Positions 56,072 to 64,000 of a stretch of DNA of 64,000 bases are shown one piece after another. The first letter of the stretch is position 1; the number at the start of each line of letters is the position of its first letter. The notes under the pieces were generated by a model that was not told the origin of the DNA, searched no databases, and saw only the letters and a program-made list of their open reading frames with translations. The stretch is from the NCBI GenBank assembly GCA_015056005.1, contig SVHB01000003.1, positions 2,283 to 66,282 of the forward strand, read 5' to 3'. The DNA is from Clostridiales bacterium. Its GTDB lineage: Bacteria > Bacillota > Clostridia > Christensenellales > UBA1750. Position numbers and translations under genes: made by a program.

Positions 56072-58444
56072 TTAATCTTCGGGGTTCTTGAAAGCTTCTC
56101 TGCCGGGGCCGACCTTGACAACAATGGGTTCCTTGACATTTACTATAGCTTCGGCTGCGCCGATATCCTCTGCGGATACGCGGATCTTGATCTTGCCGAC
56201 CTCGTTTGCATTCACGCATATGAGGGCATGACCGTCGATAAAGGTGCAGGTGTCTTTGGTTGCGCCGTCGTCTTCAAAGTTTGCGTTGGTGAGCGCTCTG
56301 AGAGTGCCTGCGCCTTCCACTTCGACCTTGATCCACGGGCGATCGATGACCCAGGGGTTGCCGAACTCATCCAGCAGCCATGCTTCGATCAGCGCAAGCT
56401 CGCCCACGGCGTAGGTGTTCTTTTCGGGGCGGATGACCACGCTGAGCTTCTTTTCGGAGGTGCGGATAATGTCGTGCGCCACGGGCATACCATTCTTATA
56501 GCCGAAAAGCTCGATCTTGCCGGGCAGATAGGGGATAACGAAATGCGCCATGCCGTCCATATGGTCCGCGGGAGAATCCCAGCGCACAATATCGTCGTTC
56601 AGGTACAGGGCGACCTTATCGCAGTTGGTCATAACGCACATATCCATGTAGCGGTCGATATCCTTGTAGTTCCAGTGCCTGCGGATCTGGGGGAAGCCCC
56701 AGCGGTTCCTTGCCCTGTCCCAGGGATCGGCTTCGTCGTAGAATGCGCCGTATACGATGGGCTCCTTGCCCCATGCGGCCTTGATATAGTTCGCTCTGGG
56801 CTTTTCAAAGCCTGCAACGTCGATGAACGCGCCGGGCCAGTACTTGTTGGGCCAGCCGCATTCGCCCAGGTAGTCAACGCCGGTCCAGATGCATGCGCCG
56901 CAGACATAGGGCTTATCAAATACATCCTCGGTAAGCGGGCTCTTTCTGATGTTCTGGCGGAACTGACCTTCGCAGGAACGATAGATCATGAATACTTCGC
57001 TGCCTAAGATGGGAGCCTCAAGACCTGCGTTGTGCATGTTCTCATAGAAGGACTCGCAGTAGTTGCACATGATGACGTCAAGGAACTTGGAGAGGCGAAC
57101 AACTGCAGCCATCTTCTTTTCCATGGGTGCAAGATCGTTGAAGCCGGGCATGTTGAAGCCTATGAGCGCCATGGAAACGCCTCGGCTGTTATCGAGCTTT
57201 CTTACGATGCCTGCAAGCTCCTGCGCAGTCTGATAGAAAATCTCGTCCTGATACTGGAACTCGACCTCGTTGCCAACCGACCAGATGACAACGCAGGGAT
57301 GGTTGAAATCGCGGTTGACCCAATCGGTGATATCCCTTTCATGCCATTCGTCAAAGAAAAGGGACTGATAGCTCCAGTCATTCCTGCCCCATTTGTCGAT
57401 ATATTCATCGATGCAGAGGAAGCCCATCTCGTCCATGAGATCATAGAGCACGGGATCATGGGGATTGTGGGACATTCTGATGGTGTTGCAGCCGCATCTC
57501 TTGAGCGCCTTGAGCTTTCTGACCCAAAGCTCCTTGGGGCAGCAGGCACCGAAGGCCTCACCGCCGTCGTGATGAACGTCCGCGCCGATCATCTTGAGGT
57601 TTCTGCCGTTTAAGAAGAAGCCTTCGTCCTTATCAAAGCGGATGGTGCGGATACCGAAGCGCTCGTCGTAATCATAGCCGTCCAAAGTGGCATAAAGGTT
57701 ATAGAGCCTCGGATTGTCAACATCCCATCTTACGGGCTTTTTGACATTGAAAACGATGGTGGACTTGCCTTCTTCGCCCGCCTTTGCGTTTATCTCGATC
57801 TTATCTTCCCAAAGAAGGTTCATGCCGCGGCCTCTCTGCAGGGGAGCGTATACGCTCAGTGAAACAGCGCCGCTGAAGGCCTTTTTATATCCGTTTTTCC
57901 ATGCAATTTCGATGGATACATCGGCGGTGCCGTCCTCTTTTACAGTGGGGAGGATATGCAAACCGTCGGGGATTATGCGCATCATGGGCTGATCGAGCAG
58001 GAATGCTTCCCTTATGATGCCCGCGCCGGAATACCATCTGTCGCCGCCTGCGGTGGTGTCAAGGCGCACTGCGATGGTGTTTTCCTGACCGAATTTAACA
58101 AGGTCGGTCACCTCATAGCGGACGGGGATATAGCCGTAGGGGCGCTCGCCAAGGAAAGTACCGTTGAACCAGACCTTGGAATACTGCATAAGAGCATCAA
58201 ACCAAAGGGTGAAGGCCCTGCCCTTCTGATCTTCGGGTATAAATACCTTTTTGCGGTACCATGCGATGCCTTCTCTGGGATAGCTGCCCTGATTGCCGCC
58301 TGCGGACTCGTCCCTTTTCTGCTCTATCTGCCAGTCATGGGGAACATCAAGTACGCGCCATGCGCTGTCGTCAAAATTTTCTTCAAATGCATTTTGTTCG
58401 TCTGCAAGAAGAAAACGCCAGTCTTTCAGGATGGGCTGTTTCAT
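56072..58444 (-). CDS. GH2 family glycoside hydrolase (beta-galactosidase/beta-glucuronidase type)
   Basis: DDSAWRVLDVPHDW sugar-binding domain, NTIRMSHNPHD, and WSVGNEV (acid/base Glu context). Confidence 0.85.
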   Translation of the reverse strand: MKQPILKDWRFLLADEQNAFEENFDDSAWRVLDVPHDWQIEQKRDESAGGNQGSYPREGIAWYRKKVFIPEDQKGRAFTLWFDALMQYSKVWFNGTFLGERPYGYIPVRYEVTDLVKFGQENTIAVRLDTTAGGDRWYSGAGIIREAFLLDQPMMRIIPDGLHILPTVKEDGTADVSIEIAWKNGYKKAFSGAVSLSVYAPLQRGRGMNLLWEDKIEINAKAGEEGKSTIVFNVKKPVRWDVDNPRLYNLYATLDGYDYDERFGIRTIRFDKDEGFFLNGRNLKMIGADVHHDGGEAFGACCPKELWVRKLKALKRCGCNTIRMSHNPHDPVLYDLMDEMGFLCIDEYIDKWGRNDWSYQSLFFDEWHERDITDWVNRDFNHPCVVIWSVGNEVEFQYQDEIFYQTAQELAGIVRKLDNSRGVSMALIGFNMPGFNDLAPMEKKMAAVVRLSKFLDVIMCNYCESFYENMHNAGLEAPILGSEVFMIYRSCEGQFRQNIRKSPLTEDVFDKPYVCGACIWTGVDYLGECGWPNKYWPGAFIDVAGFEKPRANYIKAAWGKEPIVYGAFYDEADPWDRARNRWGFPQIRRHWNYKDIDRYMDMCVMTNCDKVALYLNDDIVRWDSPADHMDGMAHFVIPYLPGKIELFGYKNGMPVAHDIIRTSEKKLSVVIRPEKNTYAVGELALIEAWLLDEFGNPWVIDRPWIKVEVEGAGTLRALTNANFEDDGATKDTCTFIDGHALICVNANEVGKIKIRVSAEDIGAAEAIVNVKEPIVVKVGPGREAFKNPED

Positions 58445-58601
58445 ATAGAATTACCTTCCTTTCGTTGATCGCATATTAGACGATATGCTGAGTATATGCG
58501 GTTTTATTTTTACTCTTAAATGATATCATCTGCGTTTTTAGCTCACAACTATCAATTTGTTTTAATGATATCATTTCATTCGCTTATGGCGATCATATTA
58601 T

Positions 58602-60138
58602 TTAACCGTGTGTTTTCTGTATCTCTATAAGGCAAAGACCGTGCGCGGGGATCGCAACCTGCGTTTTGATCAATCCTTCTTTTGATTCAAGTTCAAATTC
58701 TTCGTCGGGCGTAAGCTGCGCCGCCTGTCTGATTTCTTCCTCCGATGCGCCGGTCTGCCACAGACGATAGGTATTGTGATGCTCTTTGTCAAGCCTTGTG
58801 AGCTTAACCGTATACTTTCCGCTTTCAAGACCGGTGAATGCTATGCCGGCCTGCACGCAAGGACCTGCGGCGTCAAAATCCTGATCGTTGAAGTTGTATA
58901 CTATCGCCTGCACAGAGTTTTTACTTCTGCCTGCCATTGCTCCAAGGGATGCGCCCGGGGCTGCGCCTTCCACAAAAAGCTCGTCTTCCCCAAGCCTTGC
59001 CAGCAGCTCGTAAGCCGAAAGTATGGGCTTTGGGATGTTTGGGTAGGTGGAAAGATCTCTGTGCCCCGCAAAAGGTGTTTTCTGGTCATCTTCCATGGAG
59101 AAGCCCCAGTAGAGCATGAGCTCCAAAGGCATGTTCCATACTCTTCTCATCTTTCTTATGCAGTCGACCAGCTTTATCATGAAAAGAGGGGAATACTCGC
59201 TGTTGCGGAATTCAAGGGGCGGGAATTTATCGGCGGTCTTTTCGTAGTTTGAGCTGACTCCCCATTCGTTTAAGTGCACGGGAACGCCGTCTAAGCATGG
59301 GTATACATCTATCATGCGCTTGAGCCACATCAGCTGCTGTATAAATCTTTGCACGGATGGGGTGATGAGCGGCCATTGATCGAGCCAGCCGCCGCTCATT
59401 CCGTATATATGATAGGAAATAAAGTCTATTCTTGACCCTTTTTCGCCGGTCACGCAGTTTGTGCCGTTTGAAACATGCTCAAGGAAATCCTTCATAAAGG
59501 GCAGCGAGAAGGCACCGGGTCCGCCGACCTTCAGCTGATCGTCAACTCCGGTCACGGCCGATACAAAAACATCGTACAGCCTGTGGAACATGGGCCAGTC
59601 GGACATCGGCCAGCTGTCTGGCTCGTTCCATACTTCAAAGTACCATGTACGAACCTCGTCTATGCCGAATGTATCGACAAGGTTTTTTTGTAAATGCCCT
59701 TAGAAGGTCTTCCCATTTTTCCCAGTCGCCGGGATAGGAGCGGTTTGAGTATCTGCCCTCTTCAACTCCTCCGGTGGTCACGTTTTTCCGACAGAGCTCA
59801 TTTGGCAGAAAATCCATTTCAACTATGGGCTTTGCGCCGTATTTGAGGTATTGCCCAAAGACGGCGTTCATCTTCTCAAAATTATAGATGGGATTGCCGT
59901 TTTCATCCTCTGAATATGCGTTGCCGCCGCAATCATCATAGCCGTCTTTAATAAGGGAAGAAAGGGTAAAATGATTCCTGAGGTATCTGAGGGTGCCTTT
60001 TTCCTGCATTCTTGAAAGCAGATATTCACCGCTTTGAGTGAATATGATCGGATACAGGCTGTCTATGCCCGCCGCAGCCCAGAATCGGTCGTTTTTGCCG
60101 ATAACTTCATTGAAATTGACCGTATATGAAAAATTCAT
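58602..60138 (-). pseudogene. GH39-like (clan GH-A) glycoside hydrolase interrupted by a 1-nt frameshift in an A7 tract
   Basis: ORFs 59635..60138 and 58602..59606 are the two halves of one protein. Removing one A from the tract acaaaaaaacc (plus-strand T7 at 59683-59689) gives continuous ..LRAFTKNLVDTFGIDEVRTWYFEVWNEPDSWPMSDWPMFH.. with the NEP acid/base motif and a later HLNEWG nucleophile motif. Confidence 0.7.
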
Positions 60139-60273
60139 ATGCTCACATCCTGTTTTTTATTTATGATATGACCGATTAAAGCGCCTTACAAGCATAAATT
60201 TATATTTTGTGATACATTTTGTTCGCAAGACAAAAAAACGCCGCAGAATAAGCCTGCGGCGTTTTTTTGTGTT

Positions 60274-60894
60274 TTACTTGAGGAACTTGAGGCTGCGGAT
60301 GATCGCGGGTTCCTTTGCCTGACCTTTGCAGATCTGGAAGAAGCAGATGACCTGGATGACTGCAAGAACGCCGATCATGATAACGGCTGCGATGGGTACG
60401 ATGAAGGTGAAGGCTAAAACTCCTGCTGCAAGAGCAAGCAGAGCGTTGCATACGCAGAACTTGAGCGCCTGATTTACATGGAACTTGGTATAGGGAGAAT
60501 TCTGGCAGGCCAGAAGCGCAACGAGTATGCCCACAACGCCCATCAGATATACCAGCATGCAGTATACCTTGTGCTCGGAGATATCCTTGGGATCAAATTC
60601 GTCGGTGTGATCAAATTCGTCTTTGACGGGTGCGGGGGCAGGTGCGGGCGGAGCATAGGGTGCCTGCGGCGCCTGATAAGCGTACTGCTGCTGGGGCGCT
60701 GCTGCCTGCGGGGGCTGATAGTTATACTGCTGGTTAGGAGCAGGCTGCGGCGCGGTATACCGTACCTGTTCAGGTGCGGGAGCAGCAGGGGCAGCAGGGG
60801 CGGCAGGAGCGGGCGCGGCAAATCTGGTGCCGCAAGAGGTGCAGAAAAGAGCATGGTCTTCCATTACTGCGTTACATTTGGGGCAAGTTTTCAT
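60274..60894 (-). CDS. zinc-ribbon protein with Pro/Ala/Gln-rich linker and C-terminal multi-TM domain
   Basis: MKTCPKCNAVMEDHALFCTSCG, a low-complexity PAPAAPAAP..QQYAYQ region, then 3-4 TM helices. Confidence 0.5.
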   Translation of the reverse strand: MKTCPKCNAVMEDHALFCTSCGTRFAAPAPAAPAAPAAPAPEQVRYTAPQPAPNQQYNYQPPQAAAPQQQYAYQAPQAPYAPPAPAPAPVKDEFDHTDEFDPKDISEHKVYCMLVYLMGVVGILVALLACQNSPYTKFHVNQALKFCVCNALLALAAGVLAFTFIVPIAAVIMIGVLAVIQVICFFQICKGQAKEPAIIRSLKFLK

Positions 60895-60993
60895 TTTGTT
60901 TCCTCCTTATATATTTGTAATGCATATGTCCCTTGTATGCATGGAAAACAAAAGTTATACGGAAAATGCTTTTTATAGGACAAAATCTGCCGA

Positions 60994-61377
60994 TCAGTTT
61001 TTGCCCATGTATTTTTCGTAATGCGCCTTCATGGCGGCAAAGGTCTCTTCACTCAGATCGTGTTCTATTTTGCAGGCGTCTTCCCTTGCTGTCTCTTCGC
61101 TCACGCCCATCAGGATCAGCGCGTTGGTCAATACGCGGTGGCGCTCATATATCCTTTGAGCTATCTCAAGACCTGTTTGGGTCAGGGTTATAAGACCGTC
61201 CTTGTCCATTGTGATATAACCGTTTTCTCTAAGTCTCTTTGTGGCATAGCTTACGCTGGGCTTGGTTACGCCAAGGTGCGCAGCTATATCGATGGAACGG
61301 ATATAGCCGTGCTGCTGATGCAGAACCAGCATAGCCTCAAGATAATCTTCAGCGGAGGCGCGGATTTTGATAGCCAT
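60994..61377 (-). CDS. DtxR/MntR-family metal-dependent transcriptional regulator
   Basis: SAEDYLEAMLVL...IRSIDIAAHLGVTKPSVSYATKRLRENGYI HTH and a metal-binding/dimerisation helix region. No SH3-like C-terminal domain. Confidence 0.8.
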   Translation of the reverse strand: MAIKIRASAEDYLEAMLVLHQQHGYIRSIDIAAHLGVTKPSVSYATKRLRENGYITMDKDGLITLTQTGLEIAQRIYERHRVLTNALILMGVSEETAREDACKIEHDLSEETFAAMKAHYEKYMGKN

Positions 61378-61455
61378 CGTTAACCCAACCTTTCCTATGC
61401 ATGTCTTTTTATATAGATTATCACATAAAGATACTTTTTTCAAGATGATTGGCTG

Positions 61456-61514
61456 TTGACATAAACGGTTAGAGGTGTTAAACTATATTCTGTATAACGA
61501 TTAGTGGCAACTAA
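61456..61514 (+). promoter_or_regulatory. feoAB promoter with candidate DtxR-type operator
   Basis: TTGACA (61456-61461), 17 nt, TAAACT (61479-61484). The inverted repeat ttagtggcaactaa (61501-61514) just downstream recalls TTAG..CTAA half-sites of DtxR/IdeR boxes. Confidence 0.35.
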
Positions 61515-61554
61515 CTTGGATATCCCGATTACAGTAAAGAGAGGATAAGTGAAA

Positions 61555-63900
61555 ATGACACTGCGTGACCTTAAAACAGGGCAGAGCGCCGTTATAACCG
61601 CTGTGGGCGGGCAGGGCGCGCTAAGGCAGCACTTCCTTGATATGGGTGTTATTCCCGGAGCTGAGGCTACGCTCATACAGCTTGCTCCCATGGGAGACCC
61701 GATGGAGATAAGAATACACGGCTACGAGCTGACACTGCGCGTTGCCGATGCCGAGCAGATAAGCGTTGAGCCTTTGCCGGAAAACGCAAAGCATTCTGCT
61801 TTTGAATATGATCCTTCAAAGCGCAAGGAACATCCGGGCTTCGGCGAAGGCGGAAAATACCACACAAAGGCCGATGAGAATCCCCTTCCCAAGGATACGA
61901 CCCTTACCTTTGCGCTGGCGGGCAACCAGAACTGCGGCAAAACGACTCTTTTCAATCAGCTAACCGGTTCCAATCAGCATGTGGGCAATTTCCCCGGGGT
62001 CACCGTTGACAGAAAGGACGGCGTTATAAAGGGCTATCCCAATACCCTTGTGACCGACCTTCCCGGTATATATTCAATGTCTCCCTACAGCGCCGAGGAG
62101 ATCGTTTCCCGCGATTTTATCATAAACGAAAAACCAAAGTGCATCATAAACATTGTTGATGCTACCGTTATAGAGCGCAACCTCTATCTTTCCCTGCAGC
62201 TCATGGACCTTGATGTGCCCATGGTGCTTGCGCTCAACATGATGGATGAGGTGCGCGGCAACGGCGGATCAATAAGGATAAACGAGATGGAGGATATGCT
62301 GGGTTTGCCCGTGGTTCCCATCTCCGCTTCAAAGGGCGAGGGCATTGATGAGCTGATCCGGCATGCCGTTCACGTGGCGCAGTATCAGGAGCGCCCGGGC
62401 AGGCTCGATTTCTGTGACAAGGATGCAAACGGCGGCGCTGTCCACCGCTGCCTGCACGGCATCATGGATCTGATCGAGGACCATGCAAAGAGAGCCCGGA
62501 TCCCCGTGAGGTTTGCCGCAAGCAAGCTGGTCGAGGGCGATAAGATCATACTTGATGCACTTGAACTGAGCGAAAACGAAAAGGAAATGCTCGAGCACAT
62601 CATCTGCCAGATGGAGGAAGAGCGCGGGCTCGACCGTCAGGCCGCAATTGCGGATATGCGCTTTGCGTTCATCGAAAATCTGGTAGAGAAAACCGTTGTA
62701 AAGCCCAAAGAGAGCAAGGAACACGAGCGCAGCAGAAAAATCGATAAAATCCTTACAGGAAAATACACTGCGATCCCCACCTTTGTGCTCATCATGGCGC
62801 TGGTGTTTTACCTGACATTCAATGTGATCGGCGCATGGCTGCAGGGGCTGCTTGAGGGCGGTATTGAGCTGTTCACGGGCGCAGTGGATTCTGCTTTGAC
62901 AGCGCTTGATATAAACCATGCACTGCACAGCCTTATCATCGACGGCATATTCGGCGGCGTCGGCAGCGTTTTGAGCTTCCTGCCCGTCATAGTTGTACTT
63001 TTCTTCTTCCTGTCCATACTTGAAGACAGCGGCTATATGGCAAGAATCGCATTTGTTATGGATAAGCTGCTCAGGAAGATCGGTCTTTCGGGCAGGAGCA
63101 TAGTGCCCATGCTCATGGGCTTTGGCTGCACCGTTCCGGGCGTTATGGCAAGCAGGACCCTTCCTTCCGAACGCGACAGAAAGATGACCATAATGCTCAC
63201 TCCCTTTATGAGCTGCACGGCAAAGCTGCCCATTTACGGCTTCTTTGCAGATGCTTTCTTCCCCGAGCATTCGGGGCTGATAATGGTCGGGCTTTATTTC
63301 CTCGGTATCATCGTCGGCGTTCTTGTGGCGCTTTTATCCAGAGTGGCAATGTTTAGAGGCAGCGCGGTGCCCTTTGTAATGGAGCTGCCAAACTACCGCA
63401 TGCCCGGGGTCAAAAACGTGGCAAGGCTCCTTTGGGATAAAGCAAAGGATTTTCTGCACAGGGCGTTCACCGTTATCTTTATTGCAACTATAGTGATCTG
63501 GTTTTTGCAGACCTTTGATCTTAGGTTCAACATGGTCGAAGATTCTCAGCAGAGCATCCTTGCACTGCTTGCGGGTGTTATCGCTCCCATTTTTGGGCCC
63601 TTGGGCTTTGGCGACTGGCGCATTTCCACCGCGCTCATCACAGGCTTTATGGCAAAGGAAAGCGTTGTTTCCACCCTCAGCGTGCTCTTTGGCAGCACCG
63701 AAGCTCTGCTTGCCACCATGCCCCATGTGGCTGCTGCGGCGCTTCTGGTCTTCTGCCTGCTCTATACCCCCTGCGTTGCGGCCGTAGCTTCCATCAAGCG
63801 TGAGCTGGGCGGCAAATGGGCACTGGGCATCGTTATCGGTCAGTGCGCCATCGCATGGATATGCGCCTTCATCACAAGGCTGATAGGGCTCATGTTCTGA
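61555..63900 (+). CDS. feoB: ferrous iron transporter, FeoA-FeoB fusion
   Basis: N-terminal FeoA SH3-like domain (LRDLKTGQSAVITAV..GVIPGAEATLIQLAPMGDPMEIRI), then FeoB G-domain ALAGNQNCGKTTLFN..GVTVD and a polytopic membrane domain. Confidence 0.9.
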   Translation: MTLRDLKTGQSAVITAVGGQGALRQHFLDMGVIPGAEATLIQLAPMGDPMEIRIHGYELTLRVADAEQISVEPLPENAKHSAFEYDPSKRKEHPGFGEGGKYHTKADENPLPKDTTLTFALAGNQNCGKTTLFNQLTGSNQHVGNFPGVTVDRKDGVIKGYPNTLVTDLPGIYSMSPYSAEEIVSRDFIINEKPKCIINIVDATVIERNLYLSLQLMDLDVPMVLALNMMDEVRGNGGSIRINEMEDMLGLPVVPISASKGEGIDELIRHAVHVAQYQERPGRLDFCDKDANGGAVHRCLHGIMDLIEDHAKRARIPVRFAASKLVEGDKIILDALELSENEKEMLEHIICQMEEERGLDRQAAIADMRFAFIENLVEKTVVKPKESKEHERSRKIDKILTGKYTAIPTFVLIMALVFYLTFNVIGAWLQGLLEGGIELFTGAVDSALTALDINHALHSLIIDGIFGGVGSVLSFLPVIVVLFFFLSILEDSGYMARIAFVMDKLLRKIGLSGRSIVPMLMGFGCTVPGVMASRTLPSERDRKMTIMLTPFMSCTAKLPIYGFFADAFFPEHSGLIMVGLYFLGIIVGVLVALLSRVAMFRGSAVPFVMELPNYRMPGVKNVARLLWDKAKDFLHRAFTVIFIATIVIWFLQTFDLRFNMVEDSQQSILALLAGVIAPIFGPLGFGDWRISTALITGFMAKESVVSTLSVLFGSTEALLATMPHVAAAALLVFCLLYTPCVAAVASIKRELGGKWALGIVIGQCAIAWICAFITRLIGLMF

Positions 63901-63912
63901 ATATAAACCAAA

Positions 63913-63947
63913 ACGGCAGTTCAAAAACGAACTGCCGTATTTTTTTA
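63913..63947 (+). terminator. intrinsic terminator after feoAB
   Basis: Stem acggcagtt/aactgccgt followed by T7. Confidence 0.7.
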
Positions 63948-64000
63948 TATGATACCCGGTATTTCTGATAGGCTTGATACCGTGTGATCCTGTCCGTGAT

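Noticed and set aside
54511-57007. Plus-strand ORFs 54511..55284 and 55967..57007, plus the minus-strand ORFs 24476..25501 and 62329..63270
   Set aside because: All are antisense shadows of confidently identified genes (GH43, GH2, the URO-D-like gene, feoB).

Overview
The gene content of this 64-kb chromosomal window suggests an anaerobic Firmicute, probably a Clostridia-type organism: whiA/rapZ/Crh-like HPr, rex, a Fur/PerR-like gene with rubrerythrin, hydE/hydF and sortase B. I call about 55 protein genes, 7 tRNAs (one tRNA-Arg and a six-tRNA operon with a consensus promoter), one frameshifted glycosidase gene, and several promoters and terminators. I found no rRNA, CRISPR array, transposase, integrase or phage genes. 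The rest is housekeeping genes, transporters (MATE, MFS, FeoAB) and scattered glycan-degradation enzymes (GH36-like, GH29, GH77 MalQ, GH125, GH43, GH2, GH39-like). The main finding is a tightly packed nine-gene minus-strand operon at 43320-52274. It places a nitrogenase-like NifH/D/K-type reductase and a FecBCD-type metal-chelate ABC importer between bona fide [FeFe]-hydrogenase maturase genes hydE and hydF. The operon carries two copies of a TM1266-type ACT-like domain, one free and one fused to the ABC ATPase, and is preceded by a near-consensus promoter and a terminator-containing leader. No hydG, hydA or nifB/E/N is in the window. I know of no characterised system with this architecture. 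The second finding is a mosaic, hairpin-rich intergenic repeat present in four copies (about 17.1, 22.1, 26.7 and 42.9 kb). Its copies show compensatory stem substitutions and internal tandem duplications. Smaller observations are a promoter-plus-terminator candidate small RNA between rex and the perR-like gene, a translationally coupled operon of a cytoplasmic BMP-like fusion protein, a metallophosphoesterase and a TetM/EF-G-like GTPase, an orphan anSME-type radical SAM gene, and a homopolymer frameshift in a GH39-like gene. All functional calls come from reading motifs by eye. No database search was run.
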